This document shows, piece by piece, positions 40,296 through 51,845 of a DNA stretch of 64,000 nt. The DNA is from Candidatus Poribacteria bacterium (GTDB lineage: Bacteria; Poribacteria; WGA-4E; PCPOR2b). The notes beneath the pieces are model-generated. The model saw only the letters and a program-made list of their open reading frames with translations, was not told where the DNA came from and ran no database searches. Each line of letters begins with the position of its first letter. Positions within the stretch are counted from its first letter, which is position 1. Made by a program: the position numbers and the translations under genes. The stretch is from positions 4,544,001 through 4,608,000 of the forward strand of contig OZ244587.1 of NCBI GenBank assembly GCA_965218095.1, written 5' to 3'.

Positions 40296-40590
40296 ATGTC
40301 AACCCAAGCCCCCGGCCATTGGAAACCCGGCGATCCAATCGGCTACATCCGTCCCGAAATCCCTGCGTTCGAGCTGCTGCCCTACCAGGGTGAGCGTTAT
40401 AAGACTATGGCGCCAGACACGCTGGAACTGCAAGACCGGGCAAGGCTGGCTATCTACACCATGACCGAAATCACCGATCCCCTGGCGGACTACTGGGACG
40501 ACGTCGACCATTGGATTCGCAACATGCTCACCGAGGGATAGTTGTTGGCGACGGACTGGATCTATCGGAGGTCAGATGCTGGAACCGAAA
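40296..40590 (+). pseudogene. Internally deleted hypothetical protein
   Basis: AGGAGG SD; APDTLELQDRARLAI fused to YWDDVDHWIRNMLTEG, with an in-frame TAG. Confidence 0.5.
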
Positions 40591-40788
40591 CCAATCTCAT
40601 ACCAAAGCACCTAAATAAAACCAGGAAAGAGAAAATGTCAGTTTTCCGCCAATTTTTCGAGTATGCCTCAACGGAAGGATGGGAGAAAAAGGCTTCCACC
40701 CTTCCAATCTTTCCAATTTTCCATTCTTCATGACATCGCAAAAACGTTATTCATGGGGAATACATCACTTTACCAGAGGTAAATTACA

Positions 40789-42129
40789 ATGCATAATCTG
40801 GGTACAAATCAGCCAACAGCTAGGTCGACGTTAGCAAGGGACTTCTACGATAGGATGAGCCAACTGTGGATTATCGACGCCCACGAGCATCTTCCCGCCG
40901 AGGCAGATCGAGTCGCCATAGAGGTTGATGCTGTATCGCTTTTCGAGAACTATCCCCGGTTCAACTTGGCCTGCGCCGGTCTACCTGAAGACCAATTTGC
41001 GGCGATGGTGAACCGAGAATTACCCCTCGATGAGCGGTGGAATATTTTCAAGGAATACCTTCCTTTGATACGTAACACCTCGTTTACGCGGGTCGCCTTG
41101 TTGGGAATGCAAGCGATGTACGGGTTCGAGGATATCACGGAGGATAATTATCAGGAACTCTCCCGTGCGATGCAAGCCGCCAATACGCCTGGCATCTATC
41201 AGCGTGTCTTCCGCGATCAGGCGCAAATTCTGGTTGCGCTGAATCAAGAAAGCTATAATGAACCATGGGAGCTTCCACCGCCGAAGAGTTTTCGTCTTCC
41301 GCAGTGGTGGGAATCCCAATTCAGCATTGCGCTGCGGTCCAATGCACTGAAACGGATTGAGGCGCATCTTGGACGTGCCTTATTATCCCTTGACGCTTAC
41401 ATTGAGGGAATCGGAGAAGTCCTCTCATACTATAAGAGGCAGGGTGTCCTTGCGGTCAAACTCAACAAGGAAGCAATCGAGTTGTGGCCAGAAAAAGACG
41501 ACGTGGTGCCCCTCTTTGACAACTTCGTGCGAAACAAAGAACAGACCTCACCTACACGAGAATCACTATCCCCTTCAGCGTACAAGGCGCTGCGCGATTT
41601 CATTGCCCATGCCATCCTGCGCTTTGCTGGCGAAATGGGATTGGCTGTTTGCTTTCATTGCGGACACAGAGCGGAATGGAGAGATTATCGCATGACGAAC
41701 CCATCACTCATGGTGCCAATCTTCCAGCATTACCGAGATGTGAAGTTCGAACTGTACCACGCCGGTTTGCCCTGGGTTCGAGAAACAGGCTTGATTGCCA
41801 GTGCTTTTCCAAACGTTTGGATTAACATGTGCTGGGCGCATGCCCTGGCATCCACATTAGCTAGGAACGCCCTCAACGAATGGCTCGACATGGTGCCAGC
41901 TAACAAGATCATCGGATTTGGCGGAGACACCCAACTCTGGGTTGAATGGACGCTAGGCGACCTCATCGTGAGCCGGCAGAACATTGCGGCGGTGCTGGCA
42001 GGACGGGTGGAGGAAGGCCTGTTAAAGGAGGAACACGCCTTCGACATTGCCAGGATGATGCTTTACGACAATCCGAAAAATCTCTATCAGCTTGAATGTG
42101 AGCGTCTCAATGACGTCGAGTATGTCTGA
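40789..42129 (+). CDS. Amidohydrolase family protein (uronate isomerase-like fold)
   Basis: IIDAHEHL, FHCGH, LYHAG, NVWINMCWAH, KIIGFGGD, YDNP. Confidence 0.85.
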   Translation: MHNLGTNQPTARSTLARDFYDRMSQLWIIDAHEHLPAEADRVAIEVDAVSLFENYPRFNLACAGLPEDQFAAMVNRELPLDERWNIFKEYLPLIRNTSFTRVALLGMQAMYGFEDITEDNYQELSRAMQAANTPGIYQRVFRDQAQILVALNQESYNEPWELPPPKSFRLPQWWESQFSIALRSNALKRIEAHLGRALLSLDAYIEGIGEVLSYYKRQGVLAVKLNKEAIELWPEKDDVVPLFDNFVRNKEQTSPTRESLSPSAYKALRDFIAHAILRFAGEMGLAVCFHCGHRAEWRDYRMTNPSLMVPIFQHYRDVKFELYHAGLPWVRETGLIASAFPNVWINMCWAHALASTLARNALNEWLDMVPANKIIGFGGDTQLWVEWTLGDLIVSRQNIAAVLAGRVEEGLLKEEHAFDIARMMLYDNPKNLYQLECERLNDVEYV

Positions 42130-42250
42130 TACTGGATTAGGCTTGCTGTTTCCCATTTGGTGTGTAATAAGCCCACCTCTATATCTCCCCCCAAAGTTAG
42201 GGGGAGATATAGAGGTGGGCGTCAAATGAGACATTTCACCTAAATCGGTA
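42130..42250. repeat. MITE/REP-like element with a 21-bp perfect hairpin (42171-42220)
   Basis: GCCCACCTCTATATCTCCCCC...GGGGGAGATATAGAGGTGGGC; imperfect terminal IRs; TGA on both sides. Confidence 0.6.
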
Positions 42251-42300
42251 TGACAGACTGACACCTTACAAAGCACAATCTTCCGATTGGAGGAATAACC

Positions 42301-43158
42301 ATGGCACAAGGTCTCACCGAACAACAAGTCAAACAATTTCACGACGATGGCTTCATAATCGTGCGAGATCGCCTGTCGTCCGAGGCGATACAACCCCTAA
42401 TCAACGACCTTGAGCACCGAATCGATCAGCTCGCAACCGAAGCGATGGAACAGGGCATCCTCAATGAGACGAAAACCTTTGCCGATGCGCCGTTTAACAA
42501 GCGCCTAGCGCTGTTGACGGAAGCCACCGGACACGAGATGTTCTTTGCAAAGTTGAAAGGCAAACAGTTTAAGACATCCGGCATGTTCGCCCTGCGAACG
42601 TATCCGGGCCTGCTAGACATGGTTGAGTCGATCATCGGCCCGGAGATCATGGCGCATCACCAGTATTCACTGCGTCCGAAACTGCCTGGCGCAAGTGGGG
42701 CGGTTGGATGGCACCAGGACAACGCATTACTCGACGAGGACGGCTGGGCAACGCTGGTCGCCAACTGCTGGGTACCGCTGTCCGAAGCGTCCCGAGCGCA
42801 CGGCTGCCTCCAGGTCATTCGTGGCTCACACAAGTTTGGCATCCTGTCAAGCGGATTTTTTCACAATCCACACCCGGGCGCCAATGGCCACTTACCAGAA
42901 GGTGAACGGGTATTCTGTGAAATGCAGCCGGGCGATGTCCTGCTCATGAGCGGAGGGGTGTTGCACCAATCAGACGACAACACCACCGACACGGTTCGTT
43001 GGAGCGTCGACTCACGGTACTGCCGCACAGGCTTGCCGACGGGGCGGACAAGCCCTTCATTTGTGGTACGCAGTAAAGCGAATCCGCAAAGTGTCGCAAA
43101 AGCGGTAGATGATTGGATTCAGCTTTATATCAATGCAGGAGCGGACGTCAGATATTAA
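42301..43158 (+). CDS. Phytanoyl-CoA dioxygenase (PhyH) family protein
   Basis: FHDDGF, GWHQD, NCWVPL, GCLQVIRGSH, PGDVLL, LHQS..N....R. Confidence 0.9.
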   Translation: MAQGLTEQQVKQFHDDGFIIVRDRLSSEAIQPLINDLEHRIDQLATEAMEQGILNETKTFADAPFNKRLALLTEATGHEMFFAKLKGKQFKTSGMFALRTYPGLLDMVESIIGPEIMAHHQYSLRPKLPGASGAVGWHQDNALLDEDGWATLVANCWVPLSEASRAHGCLQVIRGSHKFGILSSGFFHNPHPGANGHLPEGERVFCEMQPGDVLLMSGGVLHQSDDNTTDTVRWSVDSRYCRTGLPTGRTSPSFVVRSKANPQSVAKAVDDWIQLYINAGADVRY

Positions 43159-43191
43159 CTCAAGTGTTGTAGCAACTTTGGTGCTAGATGG

Positions 43192-43370
43192 TGGAGGAGA
43201 AGGCTCTATCGCGCTAACTTCACCAATAAACTGAACATAGCTGAAAGTGAGGCAAGAGAAACACAGTCTTGGCTAGAAAATGCTGTTGAGTGTGAATACA
43301 TTACGAAGGAGGTTGGTGGTGAACTTGTCCAACAACATCATTGGCAAGCTCGTCGCAATATCGAAATAAT
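43192..43370 (+). pseudogene. Four-helix-bundle (23S IVS-like) protein remnant
   Basis: WRRRLYRANFTNKLNIAESEARETQSWLENAVECEYI; no start. Confidence 0.65.
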
Positions 43371-43525
43371 TTCCCGTCTTCTCGTTCCCTCGCCTCCTCT
43401 AGTTGGCGCCAGCGCAAAGCCGCTTGAGCGTTGAGTTCTAACCACACCCTACGGTCTAACCACACCCTACGGGATGGGAAATTATAACCCAAAATTCGTA
43501 TGAAACATTGTGAGAGGGGAAAACC

Positions 43526-44686
43526 ATGAAAGTGATTACTGACCCCAGTGTGAAAACCGATCGACTGGGCGGCGTGGACGTGCCGGCAGCTGAGGTGCTA
43601 AAGCAGATGCATCAGGACCAATACATTCTCCATGCGCGCGAGGGGAAACTCACACAGGTGCCGGTGGAGAAGAACTTGCTCCCCCATGATCTAAAAATTA
43701 AACCCCAAGGCGTGCGGGTTGCCTTTGGACCGGACAGCACGATTTATGTGGCTCAACCCACCATGGTATGTAAGTCCACCGATGGCGGGCGAATCTGGAC
43801 TTCGCACAAGCGCACCGACACGGACGGATTGTTGCAAAAATCCCCATTTTTTGCGGTGCTCAACGATGGGACGTTCGTCGGCATAACCGGCGGCGGAAAC
43901 GCAAACGAGCCGGTGGCAGTGATGTCCTCTTCGGACGAGGGGCGCACCTGGCGGGAGATCTCTCAGATTAAGCCGCCGCCCAACCACTTTGGGGGGGCTT
44001 GCTGGATATTGCACACCCCGGATGACATGCTGGTGTGTGCAGTAGGGGCAGCGAACCATGTTTTCAAATCTGTTGGTGGTACACTGAGGTTGATATCTGG
44101 TGGTGGTCGGCTGCGGACGTTCCGCTCCACGGATGGAGGCAAAACTTGGCAAGATCCCGCAACGGTGGCAGATTGGGGCAGTGAGGGCGGGTCGACACAA
44201 ACAGCTTCAGGCAAGTTGTTAGCGGTCATCCGCTATCAGCGGCCGCCGCTGCCCGGGGATCCACCCGACCTGGAGAAGCAGACAGGAAGCATTTCCCCAG
44301 GCTGGCCCTACAAGCATGTCTTTCTCGCCGATTCCCCGGACCAAGGGCTGACTTGGAGGAACTTCCGGCAATTGGCAACAGTCTTCGGCCAGACGCTTGG
44401 TTATCCTGCCGCGCTCAGGGATGGCACCGTGGTGGTCATTCATGACACGCGCTACGGGCCGGGGCCGCCGGGCAGTCGGGCGATGATTAGCCGTGATGAA
44501 GGACAAACCTGGGAGGACGAGGTCTATTACATGGACTACACCACCTTCACCGGTTGCTACAACACGAGCGTGGTGTTCGAGGACGATACCATCCTCACCA
44601 TTGCCGCATCGAGCCAGGCGGGTAATTCCTGGGATGCTGTTGCCGGCAACACTGACTTAATCGCGATTCGTTGGAAGCCTGTTTAA
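43526..44686 (+). CDS. BNR/Asp-box beta-propeller (sialidase-like) protein
   Basis: Five SxDxGxTW-type Asp boxes. Confidence 0.85.
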   Translation: MKVITDPSVKTDRLGGVDVPAAEVLKQMHQDQYILHAREGKLTQVPVEKNLLPHDLKIKPQGVRVAFGPDSTIYVAQPTMVCKSTDGGRIWTSHKRTDTDGLLQKSPFFAVLNDGTFVGITGGGNANEPVAVMSSSDEGRTWREISQIKPPPNHFGGACWILHTPDDMLVCAVGAANHVFKSVGGTLRLISGGGRLRTFRSTDGGKTWQDPATVADWGSEGGSTQTASGKLLAVIRYQRPPLPGDPPDLEKQTGSISPGWPYKHVFLADSPDQGLTWRNFRQLATVFGQTLGYPAALRDGTVVVIHDTRYGPGPPGSRAMISRDEGQTWEDEVYYMDYTTFTGCYNTSVVFEDDTILTIAASSQAGNSWDAVAGNTDLIAIRWKPV

Positions 44687-44712
44687 GTAGAATAGCTTTA
44701 CGACTTGTGCTA

Positions 44713-45562
44713 GGTTCTGTTGACATTTGAGTATAAGGTTGTGGCATAATAGAAGAATGACGCCAATAACCTTACCTGATGACCAATGGAATAAGATATA
44801 CCGGTTTCTTCTTAGCTGTCCCACCATCTATGTTGGCGACGAAGCTTCTACACGCCGCTTCGTCGAAGCCGTCCTGTGGGTGACTCGTAGCGGGGCTCAA
44901 TGGAGACTTCTACCAGACACCTATGGCAAATGGAACACCCGCTACAAGCGATTTGCTCGATGGTGCGACAAAGGTATCTTCACACAGATGCACCCCCACT
45001 TCGCCTCTGACCCCGATATCGAGTCGCTTATTGTGGACAGTACCATCTGCCGCGCTCACCCGTGTGCGGCGGGCGCCTTAAAAAGCTGGCGCCTTAAAAA
45101 AAAGGGTGGCACTGAAAACCAAGCATTAGGTCGGTCTCGGGGCGGTTTCAGCACAAAAATTCACATCACAGTTGACGGACTAGGCAATCCGCTAAGAATT
45201 CATCTGACCCCCGGTCAGAGACATGACATAACTGAGGCGGAAGGGTTGATAATCGGATATAACAGTGAATATGTGATTGGAGACAAGGGGTACGATTCGG
45301 ACGCTTTTATCGCTGTTATTGAGGCGAATGGAGCGATTGCGGTGATACCGCCCAAAAGTCATCGTGTTGACCAAAGAACGTATGACAAACACTTATACAA
45401 AGAGAGACATCGGGTTGAATGTTTCATCAACAAGATAAAATGGTATCGTCGTATCTTCTCTCGGTTTGAGAAGCTAGCTGTCCGTTATTTTGGATTTCTC
45501 AGCTTTGTCGCCACTCTTATATGGCTCCCTTTATATGGCTCCCTTGAAATGTCAACAGAACC
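44713..45562 (+). mobile_element. IS5-family element, copy 3 (orfA-orfB fused in frame; stop codon lost)
   Basis: Same TIRs and CTAG target; 16-bp duplication at the frameshift site; 14-bp duplication TTATATGGCTCCCT at the 3' end. Confidence 0.93.
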
Positions 45563-45564
45563 TA

Positions 45565-45738
45565 GCAACGCATTCCCCATTGATTGTTGGACTCACCAAC
45601 CGGGAACAAATTCTCTGTTTTGCCAAAAACCCTTCTGGTGCTACTTCAATCGTGCGTGGAAGTGAGCATCCAAAGTTAAAAGATTGGCAAGGGCAGGTCG
45701 ATTTAGGAACCCTATACGCGACAGGAGTTTTGGGATGA
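45565..45738 (+). pseudogene. C-terminal remnant of an ABC/AAA ATPase (MAD3-like)
   Basis: ATHSPLIV..ILCFAK...GAT.IV.GSEHPKLKDWQGQVDLGTLYATGVLG*; truncated by IS5. Confidence 0.6.
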
Positions 45739-46369
45739 GGACAGTAAAGCAGGAACGGAGAGATTTGGTTGTCTTGGTTGCCGATAGCCATTAGAAGCAA
45801 ACTGTTGCGACATTGCTTAAACGACCTCAATCTCTGGGTATACAGGAGGTGTCTATTGATATTGATTCGGACATTTTCTCCCATCCTAATCGCGATCCGG
45901 GAGTGTTCCATGAAGCGGGACGTTTTCTGGCAGTCTTTGCCCAACAGTACGAACATGCCTTAGTGTTAATTGATGCAGAGTGGGAAGGCAGCCCCGCGAG
46001 TGCAGAGGAGATCGAGAAAAAAATCCAAGACGATTTGAACAGAAACGGCTGGGAGGGACGGAGTGCAGTCATTGTGATTGATCCAGACTCGAAATCTGGG
46101 TATGGAGTTAGTCACGTCATGTGCCCGAATTATTCGGAATGGATTGGGAGACGATAAAAGATCTGGGACATCAGACAAATTACTGGCAGGAGGGAGAAAC
46201 TAAACCTTCTCGCCCGAAAGAGCTTTTAGAGGAAGTACTTCGTCGTACCAGAAAAAGGCGTTCCGCTGCACTGTATCGACAGTTGGCACGAAAGGTGGGC
46301 TTGAGAACGTGTCGAGACGATTCTTTTTGCCGCTTCCGTGAAATCCTGCAACAGTGGTTTCCCGCATAA
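45735..46369 (+). pseudogene. MAD4-like (TOPRIM/DUF4276-type) defence-associated protein, pseudogenised
   Basis: DLVVLVAD, RPQSLGI, HPNRDPG, ALVLID, VIVIDP/LEIWVW, PSRPKE; TAG at 45792 and a frameshift near 46088; ATGA overlap with the ATPase. Confidence 0.65.
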
Positions 46370-46400
46370 AGATTGGCACCTCAAAAGGAGGATCTACCTC

Positions 46401-46805
46401 ATGAAAACAGACAACGCAACAAAACTAACCAAACCCGTTATCATCTACGATGGAGAGTGCAATTTCTGCTTGAACGGTATCCGCCGCATTCAGAACAAAG
46501 ATCAAGCGGAGCAGTTTACCTATACCCCCAAACAAACCCCCGACCTCTACACGCACTATCCACAGCTTGAAGCCATTGAATCTAAAGAAGGGATGCGATT
46601 CATTGACTCAAACGGGAAGGTCTATTACGGAGCGGATACCATCTACCAGATTTATAGGCGACTTGGCAAGTATCGCTATATCACATGGCTCTACGTTGTG
46701 CCCGTCATTCGGACGCTGCTGAAGGGGGCGTACCTGATTATCTCGAAAAATCGGTCACGTTTGGGCAGGTCGGACTGTGAATCTGAAACCTGCTCTATTG
46801 AATGA
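46401..46805 (+). CDS. DCC1-like thiol-disulfide oxidoreductase (DUF393)
   Basis: IIYDGECNFC, YGADT, AYLIISKNR. Confidence 0.88.
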   Translation: MKTDNATKLTKPVIIYDGECNFCLNGIRRIQNKDQAEQFTYTPKQTPDLYTHYPQLEAIESKEGMRFIDSNGKVYYGADTIYQIYRRLGKYRYITWLYVVPVIRTLLKGAYLIISKNRSRLGRSDCESETCSIE

Positions 46806-46838
46806 TAAACTTGTTCAGGCAAATAGTTGGAGGATGAA

Positions 46839-48548
46839 ATGTCACTCTCAAAATCTGTAGATTCACAAAGCCACCTCGACTGCTCTCAAATGCGCGGCTG
46901 GGATATCGTGGTCGCCGATGCGGCGATTCCCGCCGAAAAGTATGCGGCGGAAGAATTTCAGCGATGGTTTGGTCGCGCAACGCGAATGAGACTGCCGCTG
47001 CATGCGTTGGCTGAATCCGTGACACACCACGTTTACATTGGTCCGGATGCAGCATCTCTTCACTCCGCCACAATGGGAGAAGAGGAAGTGCGGATTGTGG
47101 TTGAGGGCGATTGGGTAGTCATCGCCGGTGGACGTCCACGCGGGACGCTCTACGGGGTATACCAGTTTCTCGAAGATTACCTCGGCGTCCGCTTCCTCAC
47201 ATACGACCACACGTATGTTCCAGATGCGTCGGTGTTGAAGATTCCCTGTGGGATGTATAGCTACAATCCGCTGTTTTCATTCCGGTGGAGCTTCTACCGT
47301 GAGAATACGGAGCACCCCATATTTGCGGCGCGACTGCGGGTCAATACCGTCACAAACGATGAACGGCTAGGTGGCAAAACCGGACAGACGCTCATCAACC
47401 ACTCCTTCCATGCGTTGGTCCCCTTCAGTGAATACGGGGCAGACCACCCCGAATATTACGCTCTGGTTGATGGGAAACGCGATACGCGCACGCACGGCAG
47501 TGGTCCCCAATTATGCGTCACCAACCCGGGGAGCATTGAGGTTGCTGCAGCGGCAGCGATTAAATATCTGGATGGACACCCCGAACTCAAAAATGTCAGC
47601 GTCAGCCAAGCCGACACGGATGCCTACTGCAAATGCGACCATTGCGAAGAACTCAACCAGCGTGAAGACTCGCCGATGGGCGCTCAACTCACGTTTGTCA
47701 ACGCTGTTGCGGAGCAGGTTGAGAAAACGCATCCGAATGCCAAAGTTGGGACGCTCGCGTATTGGTACACCCGCAAACCACCGAAGACCGTCCGCCCACA
47801 GCATAACGTACAGATTCAACTTTGCAGCATCGAGTGTTGTACGCTGCACTCAATCGACAATCCAAATTGCGAGAAGAATCGCGACTTCTGCCGAGATATG
47901 GACGAATGGGGAAAAATCTGCGACGACATCTGGATCTGGAATTACAACACCAATTTCCGTGCTTACGACCTGCCCTTCCCTAATCTTCGGGTTATCGGCC
48001 CAAACGTGCGCTATTTCCTGCGAAACAACACCAAGGGCGTGTTCATGCAAGCAAACGGCAATGGTCTGACTGGCGAGCTCTGCGATTTGCGGAACTATAT
48101 CATCGGATGGCTGATCTGGAACCCCGACCTCGATGACAAGGCGCTTTGCGAGGAATTCATCAAATTGCACTACAAGGGCGCGGCGCAGCCAATTCTGGAT
48201 TACATCAACATGCTTCACGATAACGCCGACGCAAAGGGGGTTCATCCGAATTGCTTTCCATCGCCAGAGGAGGTTGGGCTGGACGCAGAGATTTCGCAGA
48301 GAGCACTTGACTACTTTGAGCAGGCGCTCACCCTGGCGGACGACAGCTTTGTTCGGGCGCGGGTCGAGAAGACTTCCATCTGCGCTTACAAGGCGATGAT
48401 TGTCGCAGGCGGAGAGATGGAGGCTGCGGAGCGTGAAAATCTCATCGACCGTTATATTGAATTGTGCGAGCGTTATCAGATGACCCATGCTTCGGAGGGT
48501 CAGCTTGCCTCCGAGTATTTTAAGGAGCTCAAGGCGATAGAACCGTAG
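46839..48548 (+). CDS. DUF4838 domain protein
   Basis: YAAEEFQ, RGTLYGVYQFLE.YLGVRF, HPEYYALVDG, QLCVTNP, LAYWYT.KPP, WIWNY. Confidence 0.88.
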   Translation: MSLSKSVDSQSHLDCSQMRGWDIVVADAAIPAEKYAAEEFQRWFGRATRMRLPLHALAESVTHHVYIGPDAASLHSATMGEEEVRIVVEGDWVVIAGGRPRGTLYGVYQFLEDYLGVRFLTYDHTYVPDASVLKIPCGMYSYNPLFSFRWSFYRENTEHPIFAARLRVNTVTNDERLGGKTGQTLINHSFHALVPFSEYGADHPEYYALVDGKRDTRTHGSGPQLCVTNPGSIEVAAAAAIKYLDGHPELKNVSVSQADTDAYCKCDHCEELNQREDSPMGAQLTFVNAVAEQVEKTHPNAKVGTLAYWYTRKPPKTVRPQHNVQIQLCSIECCTLHSIDNPNCEKNRDFCRDMDEWGKICDDIWIWNYNTNFRAYDLPFPNLRVIGPNVRYFLRNNTKGVFMQANGNGLTGELCDLRNYIIGWLIWNPDLDDKALCEEFIKLHYKGAAQPILDYINMLHDNADAKGVHPNCFPSPEEVGLDAEISQRALDYFEQALTLADDSFVRARVEKTSICAYKAMIVAGGEMEAAERENLIDRYIELCERYQMTHASEGQLASEYFKELKAIEP

Positions 48549-48786
48549 ATTTCGTAGAATAGCGCGGATTCTGATTTTCCCATAACTGCTCAAGTGGTAA
48601 AATGAACAGGAGTTGGAAATCAGCGCGATCACCTGAAGGTTACTTGACAAGAGACATAGTTGATAGGGAACAGCGGATAGGCCTGACATGGGAGAGGCTA
48701 ACGAGTAACAACAAAGACATTCGAGGTCAGAGGAGGCATTTGGATATCCTCCTCTGACAGAAAGAGCCAGAAATTTAGCCATTTTA

Positions 48787-49194
48787 ATGGCTGGCACACT
48801 GGATTTGGCTGGTTTCCGATACAGTCCAGCAGTTGGGGTCATGACCCATTCTGATGGTAGTATCACTGTGGCCGTTTCAGGTCTGGCTCAGAGAAATGTC
48901 ATCGATCACCTTGAACCGCAACTTATTGAGTTGCAGAATAAAGGTTCGATAACAGGCTACCGTTTCGGCCCTGAAATGCCTGACCCTAATCGCCCCCCTC
49001 TTCGACCGACATTATTCCCGGCTGGAACAGTTAGGACGAGTCTTGTTTGTGCTGAGATCAGATTAGGTGAAACTGCAAGAGACCATGATTCACCACCAGA
49101 TGGTATGGCAGTCGTTTGGCGGAAAGAGGGTGCGAGAGGTAGAGGCAATCCCTATCCCGATTTCTTGAGGTTTATGTGTCCATGTAATAATTGA
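48787..49194 (+). CDS. Hypothetical protein, possibly a fragment
   Basis: Open frame; motif CAEIRL...CPC; upstream in-frame stop suggests decay. Confidence 0.35.
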   Translation: MAGTLDLAGFRYSPAVGVMTHSDGSITVAVSGLAQRNVIDHLEPQLIELQNKGSITGYRFGPEMPDPNRPPLRPTLFPAGTVRTSLVCAEIRLGETARDHDSPPDGMAVVWRKEGARGRGNPYPDFLRFMCPCNN

Positions 49195-49215
49195 TCTTTG
49201 GTGCTAGTTGGTGAG

Positions 49216-51363
49216 TATACTTACCCCCATTGTCTAGACAAAAATGAACGATATTTAAGGTGGAAAAGCTAACCAATTCGGTCAGGTTTGAACGCCTGAT
49301 ATTATTGGAAATACACCGGGTATGGTGTTTGATAATTGAGGGATTGATGAAGTTGCCGTCGATTGTAGAAGTTGAAATAGCGTTTCAATCCACACAAAGC
49401 CGCGTTAACTGAGTCATAGTCGTTGATATAAACATCTTCATACTTCACGCCTCCGCCAGAACCGTTCAATGAAGATGTTATCAAAAACGCGGCCGCTGCC
49501 CGCCTAGCTGATGGCAACATAAGCTGCTTTGAGTCGAGCGGTAAAGGCGTCAGAAGTAAACTGACTGCTCTGATCGCTGTTGAAAATCAAGGGCTTGGTT
49601 CGGCTGAGAGCCCGTTGGAGAGCTGACAGACAAAAGAAAACGTCTAGGGAGTTTGAAGGTTCCCATGACAACACATAACGAGAAAACCAATCGATAATCG
49701 CTACCAGATAAACAAAGCCATTGTTCAAGCGAATATAGGTGACGTCAGTTGCCCAGACCTGATTCGGTTTTATGATACCTAACTCCTTCAGCAGATAGGG
49801 ATACTTTTTCGACGGTTTGCCCATGCCAGAGGTTTTGGGCTTGAGATAGATGGCGGCCAATCCCATCTTCCGCATCAACCGAGCCACCCGTTTGGGATTG
49901 ACAACCTGTCCTTGGGAACGAAGTCATGCGGTCAACCGTGGCGCCCCGTAGAACGGCGTCTTCGTGTACTGCTCATCTAACAGACGAATATATAGCAAGT
50001 TTTGTGGCGACTCTGCTACCGGCTGATAGTAGAACGAAGCTCGAGCCAATCCCAGCAGTTGGCATTGCTTCAAAATCGACAGAGAACAACGCCCCTGTTC
50101 AACAAGCTCCCGCTTCTGTTCAACGGAGCGGTTCTGTTTTTTTTGTAGCCAGTCCAGTTCTACCTTCAACTGACCGATTTGCGATATAGTTCTGCGACTA
50201 GGTTCTGTTGACATTTCAAGGGAGCCATATAAGAGTGGCGACAAAGCTGAGAAATCCAAAATAACGGACAGCTAGCTTCTCAAACCGAGAGAAGATACGA
50301 CGATACCATTTTATCTTGTTGATGAAACATTCAACCCGATGTCTCTCTTTGTATAAGCGTTTGTCATACGTTCTTTGGTCAACACGATGACTTTTTGGCG
50401 GTATCACCGCAATCGCTCCATTCGCCTTGATAACCGCGATAAAAGCGTCCGAATCGTACCCCTTGTCTCCAATCACATATTCACTGTTATATCCGATTAT
50501 CAACCCTTCCGCCTCAGTTATGTCATGTCTCTGACCGGGGGTCAGATGAATTCTTAGCGGATTGCCTAGTCCGTCAACTGTGATGTGAATTTTTGTGCTG
50601 AAACCGCCCCGAGACCGACCTAATGCTTGGTTTTCAGTGCCACCCTTTTTTTTAAGGCGCCAGCTTTTTAAGGCGCCCGCCGCACACGGGTGAGCGCGGC
50701 AGATGGTACTGTCCACAATAAGCGACTCGATATCGGGGTCAGAGGCGAAGTGGGGGTGCATCTGTGTGAAGATACCTTTGTCGCACCATCGAGCAAATCG
50801 CTTGTAGCGGGTGTTCCATTTGCCATAGGTGTCTGGTAGAAGTCTCCATTGAGCCCCGCTACGAGTCACCCACAGGACGGCTTCGACGAAGCGGCGTGTA
50901 GAAGCTTCGTCGCCAACATAGATGGTGGGACAGCTAAGAAGAAACCGGTATATCTTATTCCATTGGTCATCAGGTAAGGTTATTGGCGTCATTCTTCTAT
51001 TATGCCACAACCTTATACTCAAATGTCAACAGAACCTAGTTGGTTGCTGTCAGAAGAAGCCTGCGTGCGTTCGTTTGTAAAGATTTGAGGCAATTCTTCG
51101 AGCACCTGTTTTTTCCATTTGCTCACTTGATTGAGGTGGACTCGATATTCACTGGCAATCTGAGCGATAGTTTGTTGATTGTTTATCGCTTCAATAGCGA
51201 CCTGCGCTTTGAATCGTCCATCGTACTGTTTTCTCCGAGTCATGGGATATAAACTCCTTTCTTTTTCTTGGGGTTTCTGAGCCATATTTTCGCCCAGATG
51301 ATGACCGTTTTGCCAGTCGGAAATCCACCTTAGTCACCTGTCTAGTTTTTGGAGGTAATTATA
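49216..51363 (-). mobile_element. Degenerate IS3-family element interrupted by IS5 copy 4
   Basis: TIRs TATACTTACCCCCATTGTCTAGACA / TATAATTACCTCCAAAAACTAGACA; orfA FKAQVAIEAI; orfB PNQVWATDVTYI, FNSDQSSQFTS; stops and frameshifts. Confidence 0.88.
50201..51036 (-). mobile_element. IS5-family element, copy 4 (single fused transposase ORF)
   Basis: Same TIRs; removing it plus one TA restores IS3 orfA ...NQLVAELY. Confidence 0.94.
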
Positions 51364-51845
51364 GGATACTGCTCTCAGCAACCAGGATGAGGAAGCTATC
51401 GATGAATTGCAGGAAGAACTTCTGGATCTCTTGTATGAGTTGGGGGATTGATTGAAAGGCGAATATAGGGGTGTTGAAATGGGAAGTTGGAAGGAGAGAA
51501 TGTAGGACTGGAAGTAAAGAAAGGGACAGAATCGCACTCGTAGTAGTTTTGGAACAATTTTGATCGATGTGTCGGATTCCATGGTGAAAGAAACGTCAGA
51601 ATCCGCTTTTTTCGCCAATGATTAGCTGAGATACCGACTGGCTTTCCAACCAAGAAACCGGATTTCTTCTCCAGAAACGCGGTCATGAAGCGAGTTTTGA
51701 AGAAGTCGCTCAAGTGGATCGACATTTATGTTCGATTGCTACAAACACTCCAACATCTTCCTTTGCTTCTCTTCTTTCTCGATTTCATTGTGATCCAAAA
51801 CGACTTTTCTGCATCTTACATCCGCGATTTCAAGTCGAAATCGTC

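Noticed and set aside
47850-48866. 338-aa antisense ORF, and similar shadow ORFs over ileS, the C25 gene and lon
   Set aside because: They overlap well-supported genes on the opposite strand and show no recognisable motifs
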